DNA of 64,000 nucleotides from Candidatus Methanomethylicia archaeon (GTDB lineage: Archaea; Thermoproteota; Methanomethylicia; CALHIW01): positions 1 to 64,000 of the forward strand of contig JAWBQF010000002.1 in NCBI GenBank assembly GCA_038845975.1. The letters are read 5' to 3'. A model generated the notes under the pieces. The model had not been told where the DNA came from. It did not search any database and saw only the letters and a list, made by a program, of their open reading frames with translations. Below, piece after piece: positions 42,181 to 53,688 of the stretch. The translations under genes were made by a program, and so were the position numbers. Numbering within the stretch: the first letter of the stretch is position 1; every line of letters begins with the position of its first letter.

Positions 42181-43150
42181 TTAAAGCAGTTCAACCTCAA
42201 AGTCAATATTAAGTCTTCTAGCTTTCTCATAGACTAAAACTGCAGTAACTAGATCTTGAATTGCTAGGCCTGTAGAGTTGAAAACAGTTATTTCATCATT
42301 ACTAATTCTTCCATTTTTCTCCCTCCCAGCTATTATTTCTCCTAATTCAGCATAAATATTAGCTCTTGTAATTAATCCTTTAGATGATGAGACATTAACC
42401 TCATCTGAATGGCAGGCTTGCTCAAAATCATCAACAGCTATTTTTGCCATTTTAAAATTAATGGATCTAACTCTTCTTTTAACGATGCTCCTATCGCATT
42501 AATACGTATACCATCACTAACCCATTCATTTTTAACTATAGGTTGAGTTACAAGTGTAGTTGTAACAAGAATATCACAACCTACCACAACATCTCTAACC
42601 TCTTCCCTGACTAAAATGCTTAGGTTAAGGTAATTCCTTCCCTAAACTTTTCACACTCCTTTAGTGTTTTGCACAAACTCTAATCTCCTATATACTGAAT
42701 ACTTCATTTAAAGCTAGAAGCTGGGTTCTTGCTTGGGATCCAGCACCAATAATACCAATTATTTTAGAATTTATTCTTGCAAGATATTTTGCAGTAATTC
42801 CTCCAGCAGCATCTGTACGTATACTGGTAATCTATGTTCCATCCATTATTGCTAAAGGCTTACCAGTTTCAGGATCGATTAGTATTATTATCTCCATAAC
42901 AGTCGGTAATCCATGTTTTCAGGATTTCGAGGATGAACATTAACGATTTTTACACATCCAAATCCAAGATCAGATATGTAGTAGGGCATTGCTCTAAAAT
43001 CATCTTCTGGAAAAGTTACATAGAGTTTCGGAGGCGTTTGAACTCTTCCAAGACCCTTAGCTTTAAAGCAAATTCAACAGCATTCATTACTTCCTTCATT
43101 GAGGTAAATCCTTCAACATCTCTTCTGGGAATTAATAAAACCTTTACTTT
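42181..43150 (-). pseudogene. Pseudogene of a second cyclodeaminase/alanine dehydrogenase
   Basis: Fragments HGLPTV, IT.IRT.AAG, IIGAG.QA.TQL, INAIGA and F.STGLAIQD separated by frameshifts and stops. Confidence 0.85.
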
Positions 43151-43203
43151 AACTACTGAACAACTATCTACTTTAAGTTATTAATATTACGCTGATAGAA
43201 TAA

Positions 43204-43255
43204 TCTATATGGATCTTTAGATATGAAAAACACATGTAGTTGATGGTTAAGTATG
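43204..43255. mobile_element. Eroded mini element, family B
   Basis: CTTTAGATATGAAAAACACATGTAGTTGATGGTTAAGT matches the family core. Confidence 0.55.
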
Positions 43256-43303
43256 GTTAAATGTTTAAGTATATGAAAGCTTAAACCTCTATTGGGAATC
43301 ATT

Positions 43304-44761
43304 CTACTGTAATTGTAGCCTTTTCCTCCTTTCTTCCTCTATTAGCTTCCTAATTTCGTTCTCTACGCCTTTATCTAGAGGTTCAGGCTGATGCTCCTTT
43401 AGTATTTTATTCACAGTTTCCCTTGCTTTCTCTCTTAAGCTTTTCTTTTCGTTAAGCCATCTACTTGTTGGTTTTCTATCTACAATCTTAGGCGGTCTAT
43501 ACTTACTGAGGTTTTTCAAGGTATGTTTACTTTTTAAGTAATGCCCTTCAGGTCCAGTTTCTTTAATTGCTTCAAACGCTAGCTCCTCCTCATTTACATC
43601 TATAGCTTTCAGGAATCTATCTACATAGGATACTATTTCACTATCTATAATTGCCTTTTCAAGGCTTACTATATCTACTCCAGGGCCCATCATTCCTCCC
43701 CCGGCATTCATTATTAGGTTACAGCCTGCAAGAGCAGTAGTAAGAAGAGACATACCTGCTTCAAATCCTGCCTGCATATCAACATCCTTAGATTCAGTTA
43801 CTCCAGCAGTACCTCTAGATGGAAATCCGTAAAATCTAGCTATTTGAATAGATGCAGCATTAAGAAGCATACCCTCAGGACAGCTGTAAACCATGGTTCC
43901 ATATCTCTGATCAAAGATTGCTGGTGCAGTACCATAAATAACTGGTGGTCTCCTACCCTTCTCAGATGCTGAATATGCAATAACAAAACTGCTTAGGATT
44001 TCTGCGTTTTGCTGTGCTAGAAATCCTGCTAGAGTTATTGGAGCTGTTGATCCGGACTGGGGGGCAGAGGCAATAAGTATTGGAAGACCAAGCTTTGCAA
44101 ATGCTAGAACTTGATGAAGTTGACTCTTAATATGACTTAATGGGCTTAACGGATTCTCCCATGCAATAACTATTGGCTTCTTCCTCAATTCATTAATTCC
44201 ACCAGTAAGAATTGAAGCTATCTTAACTATAACGTTTACATCCTCTTCACTAAGCATTGAGGTTGGCGCAATAGGTTTTACTGTATTTTTAAGCTTTACA
44301 AAATAGGTTTCTAGAAGCTGCATACTTGCAGGCACATCTACTGGAAAGCCTGGTCCAGCTATGAAATCTATAGAATCTAATGCATCGTAAAGCCTTACGA
44401 GAACCTCAATATCCTTCAGAGTTAAACCTCTTATATCCCCATTTAAATCCATTATCTTCAATGGTGCACCACCATCCAAATAGTTAACTACACCATCTTC
44501 AACAGCTATGCTTAACCCTCTACCATAATATGTAAATCTTGATGGAAGATTTCTTAAGGCCTCTTTTAGTAAATCTTCAGGAATTCTTACAGTCATCGAT
44601 GAATAATCTACTTCAGCTCCAATTTCATCAAGTTTTTTTAAAGCCTCTTCATGATTAACCTTAACCCCTATTTCTTCAAGTATCTTAAGTGTTACTACAT
44701 GAATCCTATAGATTTGATCTCTAGATAATACCTCAAGACACTTACTAATTCTACTAGGCAT
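43304..44761 (-). CDS. mttB: Pyl-free MttB-superfamily methyltransferase (paralog 3)
   Basis: SPL, G.TAPITLAG, YGFP.RGTAGVTESK..D.QAG.E. Confidence 0.9.
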   Translation of the reverse strand: MPSRISKCLEVLSRDQIYRIHVVTLKILEEIGVKVNHEEALKKLDEIGAEVDYSSMTVRIPEDLLKEALRNLPSRFTYYGRGLSIAVEDGVVNYLDGGAPLKIMDLNGDIRGLTLKDIEVLVRLYDALDSIDFIAGPGFPVDVPASMQLLETYFVKLKNTVKPIAPTSMLSEEDVNVIVKIASILTGGINELRKKPIVIAWENPLSPLSHIKSQLHQVLAFAKLGLPILIASAPQSGSTAPITLAGFLAQQNAEILSSFVIAYSASEKGRRPPVIYGTAPAIFDQRYGTMVYSCPEGMLLNAASIQIARFYGFPSRGTAGVTESKDVDMQAGFEAGMSLLTTALAGCNLIMNAGGGMMGPGVDIVSLEKAIIDSEIVSYVDRFLKAIDVNEEELAFEAIKETGPEGHYLKSKHTLKNLSKYRPPKIVDRKPTSRWLNEKKSLREKARETVNKILKEHQPEPLDKGVENEIRKLIEEERRKRLQLQ

Positions 44762-44814
44762 ATAGCCACCAAGAGCTAAACAATGCCATTCTATATTAAC
44801 TTTTATGCTATACA

Positions 44815-45486
44815 GGTGTTAACTTTAACTTTATTTTGGAAGATTCTCCCTTATTTACGGTGAACTTATGGCTAAAGTTATTAGGTTTGTAGGAGATAAC
44901 TTGATTTACTTTAGCTTTATGGTGCTTATATATTTCTTTATCCAAGATGGTTTCGGATATTCTAAGCTTTATTATTATAGGAGTTATATATCTACATTAT
45001 GATTTATCTTAAGTTATTTGAGTTTGATAGGAGATGTTAAGATTGATGATTAATGATGCTATTATTGTAGATTCTATGAAGGAAATTGTTTATGTTGCTG
45101 AGCCATTATTGGAAGGATTTTATACATATGATTATGACGTTGTAAATATACTTAATCATTAACTTAAAGGATTAGAGTTATCTATGTTCTAATATAATTG
45201 TATTAGGTGATGAAGTTCATTATTATAAAGCACCATGTAAATACGAATTTAAACATTATATAGTTCAAGGTTAGAATTAATGGAGATAATAATACAATTA
45301 AGGATGGAACTAAGTTATTCAATAATTACATACCATGTATGAAGAATAAATTTAATAATGAATATGTATCCATCTTATGAAATCAATAGTATAACTAAAC
45401 GCGGATTACAATAAGATAAAGCTAAGAATTCATGGAAGATACAATACCAAAATAGAAATGAGAAACATGCTTAAATCAACAAAGCC
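44815..45486 (+). mobile_element. Near full-length decayed IS6 family A element (inverted relative to the other copies)
   Basis: Reverse complement aligns along 63108-63773. Right end TTAAATCAACAAAGCC; left end eroded. Confidence 0.8.
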
Positions 45487-45639
45487 ACTAACAGCTACAA
45501 AATCTTATTAAAGAGCATATTATTTAATAGAGGGATGATGTAGTACTTGCTATGTTGTAGATTCATTCGTGGAAATAAATCTACGTTAAAGTAATTATTG
45601 TTTCTATATAAGATTTATTAGGTAGCCTATAATAGTAGA

Positions 45640-47076
45640 GTGGCGAGTTTGATGAGTCCTCCTTATGAAATATTTACAAATAGCCAACTATACAAACTAC
45701 ATTTAGCCTCTATAGAGATTTTAGAGAGAATTGGAGTTCAAATACCGTCTGAAGAAGCATTAAAATTGTGTGTAGATGCTGGAGCTGAAGTTGATTTTAA
45801 AAATAAGATTGTCAAGATACCTCAATATATAGTTGAAGAATGCATAAGGAAGACCCCACATAAAGTTACACTGTATAGTAGGGATTTAAAGCTGAAACTA
45901 GTCTTAGAAGAGGGAAATGTATACTTTGGAACTGTTGGGTTTGCTACAAGAATAATTGATATTAACACAGGACAGTACCGCTCACTTAATAGAGAGGATT
46001 TAGCTAAGCTGACAAGAGTTGCTGATGCATTGGAAAATATAGATTTCCAGCTTGTAATGGGTCAACCTATAGATGTACCGCTAGAAATAGCTGAACTATA
46101 TCAGTGGCTTATAGCCTTTGAAAACACTCGTAAACATATCGTATGTCAGGCACTTAACAAGAGAAATGCTGAAATAGCTGTAGAAATGGGGTCAATAATA
46201 ACTGGAGGTAGGGAGGAATTAAGAAGAAATCCAATTATGACTTTTATAATCTGTCTAAATAGTCCACTCATATTTGGGGATGGATTAACTGAAGCCTTAA
46301 TTGTAGCTTCCAGATATGGGGTACCTGTATGGGTTGAATCCGGACCATTAGCTGGAGCAAACTCACCAGTAACTCTAGCTGGAACAGTAGCTCTTAACAA
46401 TGCTGAAGTTCTTGCTGGGTTAGTTATTTCTAAGCTGGTTAATTCACAATCTCCATTCATATATGGAAGCTGGAGTAGATCAATAGACATGAGAACTGGA
46501 GGTGTTGTACTCGGAGGACCTGAATTTGCTTTAATGCGTATCTGTACAGCACAGCTAGCAAGATACTATCAAATCCCATCAGGTGGTGGAGGAATACTTT
46601 GTGACTCAAAAACCAGTGATGCGCAGGCAGGATATGAGAAAATGCTAACAGCAATTCTTCCAGCTATAGCTAGGCTAAACTTAGTATGCGGAATGGGGCT
46701 AGTCGGATCAGAGAATATTGCAAGCTTTGAACAGTTAGTTATAGATAATGAAGTTGCAGGAATGGTTAAAAGAGTATTAAACGGTATTAAGCTTGATGAT
46801 GATACGTTAGCTATAGATATAATTAAGGAGGTAGGTCATGAGGGAAGCTTCCTATCCAAGAAGCATACCTTAAAATTTGCTAAAATAGAACACTATATCC
46901 CTAAGATCTCAGATAGAAGTAGTCCAGATACTTGGATTCGAGCAGGTATGAAAAATACATCTCAAAGAGCAAGAGAACAAGCCTTAAAAATACTAAGTGA
47001 ATACAGTCCAATAAGCCTTCCAAAAGAAGTCTCAGAAAAGCTCCAAAGCTTAATATTAAAGCTAAAAACCAAATAA
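45640..47076 (+). CDS. mttB: Pyl-free MttB-superfamily methyltransferase (paralog 4)
   Basis: NSPL, SPVTLAG, SIDMRTG, IPSGGGGILCDSK..DAQAGYE. Confidence 0.92.
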   Translation: MASLMSPPYEIFTNSQLYKLHLASIEILERIGVQIPSEEALKLCVDAGAEVDFKNKIVKIPQYIVEECIRKTPHKVTLYSRDLKLKLVLEEGNVYFGTVGFATRIIDINTGQYRSLNREDLAKLTRVADALENIDFQLVMGQPIDVPLEIAELYQWLIAFENTRKHIVCQALNKRNAEIAVEMGSIITGGREELRRNPIMTFIICLNSPLIFGDGLTEALIVASRYGVPVWVESGPLAGANSPVTLAGTVALNNAEVLAGLVISKLVNSQSPFIYGSWSRSIDMRTGGVVLGGPEFALMRICTAQLARYYQIPSGGGGILCDSKTSDAQAGYEKMLTAILPAIARLNLVCGMGLVGSENIASFEQLVIDNEVAGMVKRVLNGIKLDDDTLAIDIIKEVGHEGSFLSKKHTLKFAKIEHYIPKISDRSSPDTWIRAGMKNTSQRAREQALKILSEYSPISLPKEVSEKLQSLILKLKTK

Positions 47077-47154
47077 TTTTTACTACATCTTATCTTGTTA
47101 ATTTTATACATAAAACGTAGTTAATGATTTAAGTTATGGTAGGCTTAAATATAT

Positions 47155-48120
47155 TTAAACAGATTGTTTAGCAATTAGTATTCTTACGAGACCCCATAAT
47201 CCATTTCTAAGAAATTTTAGAAATATAAGAATTACAATTACAAGTATTAACTGTTGATTTGCACCTCCAAAAACTCTAATAACCTCTATTAATGGATAGA
47301 TTATAAAGGTACCTATAATAGGGCCGAAAAACGTGCCTAATCCACCCACAATTGTTGCAGCCATCACTGTAACCATCATAGTTGCAAAATCAGCAATTGC
47401 TGGGCTAACATAGCCCAGTAGATGTGAGTAGAAGGCTCCTGCTAATCCTATCCAGAAGCTACTAATTGTAAATAGTGATATTTTTAACCATGTAACATTT
47501 ACTCCAAGTGAAGCAAGCGCTATCTCATCATTACCCATAGCAGTAAGTAGAAGACCATATCTTGAATTAATAAGCTTGAAAGTTGATAATATACATATAA
47601 TTAGAATCAGTAGGCTTACATAGTAATAGTAGATTGGAGATGTAAATGATGATACTGGAAGAAGGAAAGATGTTGGAAAGCCTTTAAGTCCGCCTGTTAT
47701 ATAATATTCAGCAATCAATATTCTCTGAACAATTCCTGAGAAACCCCATGTTGCAAGAGCTAGATATATACCTTTAAGTCTTAGACAAATCCATCCTAGA
47801 ATAAAACCCATAGCAGCCGCATTAGCTGAACCGAAGAACATACCAATTAATGGTGGAAGTTGAGCCCAATTAACAAGCATTACTGAACTATAAGCACCAA
47901 CAGCAAGCAAACCTGTATGAGCAAAGGATAATAGGTTACCGTATCCAAGCAGTATATCCCAGTTAATTACAAGTACTGCGAAAAAGTTACACATAATTGC
48001 AACCCATATAAAGTATGGTCGGTCAACTAGTAGAAGTGGGTATAGAGTTAACATTATGAAGAATACTAGTATAACTTGATTTCTCCGATTTTTTACTATC
48101 TCCATTAATGAGGATTGCAT
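47155..48120 (-). CDS. livM: Liv-type ABC permease LivM-like
   Basis: LSFAH, G.YLALAT, TGG..G, GGLGT..GP..G. Confidence 0.88.
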   Translation of the reverse strand: MQSSLMEIVKNRRNQVILVFFIMLTLYPLLLVDRPYFIWVAIMCNFFAVLVINWDILLGYGNLLSFAHTGLLAVGAYSSVMLVNWAQLPPLIGMFFGSANAAAMGFILGWICLRLKGIYLALATWGFSGIVQRILIAEYYITGGLKGFPTSFLLPVSSFTSPIYYYYVSLLILIICILSTFKLINSRYGLLLTAMGNDEIALASLGVNVTWLKISLFTISSFWIGLAGAFYSHLLGYVSPAIADFATMMVTVMAATIVGGLGTFFGPIIGTFIIYPLIEVIRVFGGANQQLILVIVILIFLKFLRNGLWGLVRILIAKQSV

Positions 48121-48121
48121 A

Positions 48122-48826
48122 CTACATTCCCAAATATTTCTCCTTAACACTTTTACTGTTAAGCAATTCATCACCAGTTCCCGTTAAAACTATTCTTCCA
48201 GTTTCAATTACATATGCTCTACTACTCATCTTCAATGCATGATGAATATGCTGCTCAGTTAGGAGAATTGTAACTCCCTCCTCATTTATTTTTCTTAACA
48301 CATCAAAAATCTGGATTACAATTTTAGGTGCAAGCCCTATAGATGGTTCATCAAGCATTAAAAGCTCAGGTCTTGACATTAATGCCCTACCTATGTTTAA
48401 CATTTGCTGCTCACCACCACTAAGAGTACCTGCCTTCTGGCTTCTTCTCTCCTTTAATCTCGGAAATAATTGATAAACCCACTCTAAACTATCCCTCCTC
48501 CTATTCCATGCTCTACGTATCTGAGCACCTACAAGTAGACATTCCTCAACTGTCATATATGGAAATATAGCTCTAGACTCAGGCACTAAAGCTAAACCTA
48601 AATCTACAATTTTAGCTGGTGGAAGCTTACTAATTTTAACATCTTTAAAGATAATATCTCCCCTAAATGGATGAAGTAGACCAATTATAGTATTTAGAGT
48701 TGTTGTCTTACCAGCTCCATTAGAGCCTATAAGTGACACAAACTCACCCTTACTAACTGTTAGTGAGAGACTACATAGAGCTCTGAAACCACCATAGTAA
48801 ACATCAATATCATTTACATTAAGCAT
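48122..48826 (-). CDS. livF: Liv-type ABC ATPase LivF-like
   Basis: GSNGAGKTT, FPRLKER, LSGGEQQM, DEPS.GLAP. Confidence 0.92.
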   Translation of the reverse strand: MLNVNDIDVYYGGFRALCSLSLTVSKGEFVSLIGSNGAGKTTTLNTIIGLLHPFRGDIIFKDVKISKLPPAKIVDLGLALVPESRAIFPYMTVEECLLVGAQIRRAWNRRRDSLEWVYQLFPRLKERRSQKAGTLSGGEQQMLNIGRALMSRPELLMLDEPSIGLAPKIVIQIFDVLRKINEEGVTILLTEQHIHHALKMSSRAYVIETGRIVLTGTGDELLNSKSVKEKYLGM

Positions 48827-48836
48827 AGAAAACCAC

Positions 48837-49538
48837 CTATAAAATGTATTTTTCACCTAAATATGCCTTAATAACTTTTTCATCATTGGCAACTTCAATA
48901 GGCTTACCTTCAGCTATCTTTAGGCCTTCATGTAGAACATAGATGTAGTCAGCTGCCTTCATTATCGCTCTCATTACATGTTCAACCCATAGAATCGTTA
49001 AACCCTTCCCTCTTAGCTCCTTAATAACTTGTATAGTATTCTCTATTTCAACAGGATTTAAACCGGCCATAACTTCATCCAGCATAAGAATCTTAGGATT
49101 AGTAGCTAAAGCTCTAGCTAATTCAAGCATTCTCATTTGATGAGCTGTAAGATCTCTAGCTAAAACATCTCTCTTATCAAATAAACCCGTAACTCTTAAG
49201 CATTCAATAGCATAGGATTTATCTACTGTAGCTACCATAACGTTTTGAAGAACTGTAAGGCTAGGAAATGGGCGTGGTATTTGAAACGTTCTAGCAATAC
49301 CTAATTTACAGATTTGATAGTTTTTCAAGCCAGTAATATCCCTGCCATCGAAAAATATTCTTCCAGATGTAGGAGAATAAAAGCCAGCTATACAGTTTAT
49401 TAATGTAGTTTTACCTGATCCATTAGGTCCTATTAAGCCTACAATAAGTCCTTCATCAATATCTAAATCAACACCCTTTAAGGCCTCAAGACCTCCGAAA
49501 CGCTTCACAATCTTTTCACATCTCAGGAGAAGAGGCAA
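48837..49538 (-). CDS. livG: Liv-type ABC ATPase LivG-like
   Basis: FGGL.A, GPNGSGKTT, GIARTFQ, EHVM, AYLG. Confidence 0.92.
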   Translation of the reverse strand: MPLLLRCEKIVKRFGGLEALKGVDLDIDEGLIVGLIGPNGSGKTTLINCIAGFYSPTSGRIFFDGRDITGLKNYQICKLGIARTFQIPRPFPSLTVLQNVMVATVDKSYAIECLRVTGLFDKRDVLARDLTAHQMRMLELARALATNPKILMLDEVMAGLNPVEIENTIQVIKELRGKGLTILWVEHVMRAIMKAADYIYVLHEGLKIAEGKPIEVANDEKVIKAYLGEKYIL

Positions 49539-49547
49539 TTAAACCAC

Positions 49548-50426
49548 CTAAACCTTCTCACCAAATAAACCGGTAGGTCTAACTATAAGTGTGAAGAGAA
49601 GAATAAGATACATAGCTACATCAGCATATGACGGGGAAAAATAAGATGATATTAAGCTATGAGCTAAACCAACTATTAACGCACCTATAAATGCACCCTT
49701 TATAGATCCTAATCCACCTAACGTTATTATAACAAAGCTAAGTACGAGAGGAATAAAACCTACATTTGGCCAGATACCATAAACTGTTGAAAGTAAACCT
49801 CCTGAAAGACCTGCTAAAGCAGCTCCGGAACCATAAGCAAGTAAACGAGCTTTAGCATCATCAACTCCACTTATTACAGCACCACTAATATTCTGTGACA
49901 CAGCTCTCCAAGCCCTACCAGTTCTTGTCTTTGTTATAAAGTAGTGTAGACCAGCAAGGCTTATAACGGTAATCATCATGATCACCACTCTATTTAGGCT
50001 AAGTGTAAACGTCAGAAGCTGTATATTTCCAGTAATGAATGATGGTGCAGAATGATGGAAGGGACCAACAATCTCCTTAGCTAGGTTCTGTAAAAGAATA
50101 GATAGGGATAAAGTAGCTAGCATGGCATATTCAAATGGTCTCTCAATAGCTTTTGTGAATGAATCTTCAATAAATACCTTCTCAATAGCAACTCCAACCA
50201 AGAAACCAGCAATAATAGAGAAGGGTAAAGCAAGAAATGAATGTATATTTAGAAAACTGGATACGAGATAAATAGCATATCCACCAATCATGTAGAATTC
50301 TCCATGAGTAAAATTTGAAAGTTTCATAATGCTGAAAATAAGAGTTAAACCAATACTAATTAGGGCATAAATTAATCCTAAAACTAGACCATTTAAAATA
50401 GATTCTAAAAAAAGGGTTGGAATCAT
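49548..50426 (-). CDS. livH: Liv-type ABC permease LivH-like
   Basis: G..YAL..IGLTLIF, NF.HG, LGGLGS..GA, RP.GLFG. Confidence 0.9.
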   Translation of the reverse strand: MIPTLFLESILNGLVLGLIYALISIGLTLIFSIMKLSNFTHGEFYMIGGYAIYLVSSFLNIHSFLALPFSIIAGFLVGVAIEKVFIEDSFTKAIERPFEYAMLATLSLSILLQNLAKEIVGPFHHSAPSFITGNIQLLTFTLSLNRVVIMMITVISLAGLHYFITKTRTGRAWRAVSQNISGAVISGVDDAKARLLAYGSGAALAGLSGGLLSTVYGIWPNVGFIPLVLSFVIITLGGLGSIKGAFIGALIVGLAHSLISSYFSPSYADVAMYLILLFTLIVRPTGLFGEKV

Positions 50427-50442
50427 TTTAGACTCCTCTGAA

Positions 50443-51687
50443 CTAGCCTGGTGATGGATAGATCTGTTTTGCCTTATAAGGTTCCTGGCCAACTTCTGTA
50501 AATTCAAAGACATATTGTATCATTCCTATCCATTGATGCCAGAGAGGTTGTTTAGGTGTTGGATCGTTAATGAATTTAACTTTTCCTGTTGTTCCTTCTA
50601 TTTCTATGTTTTCAATGTATTTAGCTAGAGTATCTGGATTTGTGGAGCCTGTTGCCTCAATAGCTTTACATAGAATTGTTAAACTATCCCAGTACCAGAA
50701 TAATGCGATAAATGGGTCTTTACCATACTTTTCCTTATATAATTTTAGAAAGTTTTCACCTATCTTTGTTAGCTTCATATGTGGCGAATAATATGATGGA
50801 AACATAACACCTACCCCTCCCTTACCCATAGCCTCCCAGAACGTTTTAGGATCATATGTAGGCCAATCGAAACCACAGAACATTTTAACTCCCATCTCAG
50901 GGAATCCAAGCTCAACATACTGCTTTGCTATAACATATACATGTGGAACATTAACCATAGGTATAAATACTTCAGGCTTAGGACTCATAGCCTTTATCTT
51001 ACTTAACTCTGGAGTATAGTCGGCTTTACCTAGTGCACATGTAGTAAACGTTACTTCTACATCTGGATATACGTCTTTCTTCCAGTATAGTATTGCATCC
51101 TTATAATTGAATCCTACAGGGGACTCCTCAATAAGCATTGCTATACGTTTCCAACCCATAGCCTTAAAGAATTCTAATGCATGTCTTGCAGTTAGCGAGC
51201 TGAAAACACCATTTCTAAATACATATTTATAGTGGTTTGCCGTTATTTCATCAGTCCAACTAAATGTACAGAACATTATTGTTGGGAATTTTTCTGTTGC
51301 TTCAGCAACTGGGAGTGCAACTAGACTCTCCCATGGACCTATTAATCCAGCTATTTTATCTTGAGTAACCATTCTTTGAAGATGTGAAATAGCAACACCA
51401 GGATCTAGTGTTTGATCAGCAACAACAAGCTCCAACTCCCTACCAGCAACCCCACCCTGCTTATTCATCCACTCAACAAAAAGCTGAGCAGTATTAAGAA
51501 TTTCTTTCCCAGAAATGTAGTCTGCTGGTGGTGATAGTGGTGTTATTACACCAATCTTTATTTTCTCCCTAGGTTTAGGTATAAGCGTAAAGTAAGCAAT
51601 AACAGCAATAGCAGCAACCACAATTACAGCTACTATAACAATAGCAAGAGTCTTAGATATAGCAGTCTTTGATACTATGTTGTTCAT
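50443..51687 (-). CDS. Liv/Peripla_BP_6 substrate-binding protein 1 (membrane anchored)
   Basis: N-terminal TM, IKIGVITPLS, GGVAGRELELVV.D, YVFR. Confidence 0.9.
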   Translation of the reverse strand: MNNIVSKTAISKTLAIVIVAVIVVAAIAVIAYFTLIPKPREKIKIGVITPLSPPADYISGKEILNTAQLFVEWMNKQGGVAGRELELVVADQTLDPGVAISHLQRMVTQDKIAGLIGPWESLVALPVAEATEKFPTIMFCTFSWTDEITANHYKYVFRNGVFSSLTARHALEFFKAMGWKRIAMLIEESPVGFNYKDAILYWKKDVYPDVEVTFTTCALGKADYTPELSKIKAMSPKPEVFIPMVNVPHVYVIAKQYVELGFPEMGVKMFCGFDWPTYDPKTFWEAMGKGGVGVMFPSYYSPHMKLTKIGENFLKLYKEKYGKDPFIALFWYWDSLTILCKAIEATGSTNPDTLAKYIENIEIEGTTGKVKFINDPTPKQPLWHQWIGMIQYVFEFTEVGQEPYKAKQIYPSPG

Positions 51688-51743
51688 ACCCGTCCCAGCT
51701 TCTCCTAAGGACTTGGATATTTAAATGTTTCTACTAAAAACTT

Positions 51744-51954
51744 GGTACCTGTAACTTTAGAAATTTATTACTCCCATCACTTTAATATATTTCCATAATT
51801 CTACAGCATTTATTATGATTACTTATATTTAAAAAGCTAATAAACCATTTCAACTTAAACATAATATACTTCAAACATTATTGATTCCACATAGCCCTAT
51901 ATTCATCACAATCTTACCAATACATTTAAAAAATATTTAAAGTTAACAGAGTGC
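51744..51954. mobile_element. ~210-bp AT-rich MITE-like element, family D
   Basis: Ends GGTACCTGTAACTTTAG / TTTAAAGTTAACAGAGTGC. Interior homologous to 57334-57567. Confidence 0.6.
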
Positions 51955-51998
51955 AGGCTTCGCTGTAGCAAAGTTTAATAGTTAACTGGTTCCTATTA

Positions 51999-53012
51999 AT
52001 GGGATGTAGTGTGATTAAAAGGATTATTGTAACTATTGATAGTCATACAGAAGGTGAGCCTACCAGAATCATTATTGGTGGGTTACCTAATATACCTGGG
52101 AAGACAATGGTAGAGAAGAAAAATTATTTTGAGAAGAATCTTGATTTTATTCGTACAGCTCTTATGCTTGAGCCTAGAGGACATAGGGATATGTTTGGGG
52201 CAATAATTACACCTCCTGTAAGCGATGAGGCGGATTTTGGAGTTTTATGGATAGATTGTAGTGAAGTAGCTGATATGTGCGGTCATGGAAGTTTAGGTGT
52301 TACAGCTGTAGCTGTTGAAACCGGAATGGTTAAGGTAACTGAACCCATTACTACAGTTATCTTTGATACTCCTGCTGGGCTAGTAACTGGATATGCATAT
52401 ATAGAGAATAATACTATTAAGTCAGTCTCAGTTCAGGGTGTACCGTCATTCCTCTATAAGGAGGAAGTAATCAACATTGAAGAAGTGGGAAAAATACCTG
52501 TTGAAATAGCATTTGGTGGGAACTTTTTCGCTATTGTAAACGCTAAGGATTTAGGGGTTAGAGTTAGTAAAGATAACATTCCAAAGCTAGTAGAGTATGG
52601 ATTAGCAATTAAGAATAAAATTAATAAGGAAGTGGAGATTCAACATCCTACAATACCTCATATAAAGTACGTTATAGGTACTAGAATTGTTGATGAGCCA
52701 ACACATCCTCAAGCTCATGTAAAGAATGTTGTGATATTTGGGGATGGACAAGTGGACCGATCACCCTGTGGAACAGGTACATGTGCACATACAGCACTCC
52801 TTTATACAAAAGAAGAAATAAAACTTAATGAAGAAATAATACATGAAAGCATAATAGGCACATTGTTTAAGGCAAAAGCAGTAAAGGAAGTATCGGTAGA
52901 AAAATATAAGGCAATAATTCCTGAATTCTCAGGAAGAGTATATATAACTGGAATACATACATTCATAATAGACCCCAATGACCCGATGAAATATGGATTT
53001 AAAGTATACTAA
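51999..53012 (+). CDS. Proline racemase / hydroxyproline epimerase family (Cys/Cys active site)
   Basis: HT.GEP.R, EPRGH..M.GA, MCGHG, DRSPCGTGT. Confidence 0.92.
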   Translation: MGCSVIKRIIVTIDSHTEGEPTRIIIGGLPNIPGKTMVEKKNYFEKNLDFIRTALMLEPRGHRDMFGAIITPPVSDEADFGVLWIDCSEVADMCGHGSLGVTAVAVETGMVKVTEPITTVIFDTPAGLVTGYAYIENNTIKSVSVQGVPSFLYKEEVINIEEVGKIPVEIAFGGNFFAIVNAKDLGVRVSKDNIPKLVEYGLAIKNKINKEVEIQHPTIPHIKYVIGTRIVDEPTHPQAHVKNVVIFGDGQVDRSPCGTGTCAHTALLYTKEEIKLNEEIIHESIIGTLFKAKAVKEVSVEKYKAIIPEFSGRVYITGIHTFIIDPNDPMKYGFKVY

Positions 53013-53130
53013 AAACCATTAATATTTTTAACTTTAATATGAAGTTATTTGCATGTTTACTTGAGTCTATAGAGAACTTCAAATTTTATTAGTTGTATAG
53101 AGGTTATTTTAGGCTTGTTATACATTTAGC

Positions 53131-53188
53131 TGCTTGTTAACTTAAGCCATCAGCTACATATACTTCCACATTTAAATTTCATAGAGTC
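53131..53188. mobile_element. 58-bp mini element, family B
   Basis: Reverse complement matches 20642-20700. Flanks CATTTAGC / TATTTAAC (6/8). Confidence 0.7.
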
Positions 53189-53688
53189 TATTTAACGATA
53201 AGTGCTAAAGACTTCAGATATAGCTATAAACTACATTTAGAACCATCTTTATGGATAATCTGTAAAGAAAGACTCTATGTGCTGATATATATTACCTTTA
53301 CATTCATACCCAACATACGGATTGGTGAGAATTAGATCTAAATAGCTCAATATTCATTATGATACATTAAACTTCTTTTTGAACCCTCTTCAGGACATCT
53401 TAATAGTATCATTCTCAATATCTCTTCCATCATCATAACCTACTTAGAGCTGTATCCTAATTAATGAAAATGTAAAATTACTATTAGAATTCTCTTATAT
53501 TTCCAAACATTCTTTGTCTTTCTTATGAATGTATGGGAATGTTCTCCTATAACTTAAATGAAGAACCCTAAGTTTCATGAAGTAATTTAACAAGGAAATA
53601 TTATTGAAGACTTATACTAACAGCAATAATTACCTTCTAGATAAAGCAAAACATGTTATGAAGTTTGTATTTTATGTTTAAACTATGC

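Noticed and set aside
53200-53600. Coding-like minus-strand fossil between the racemase and mttB5
   Set aside because: No recognisable family from the fragments.
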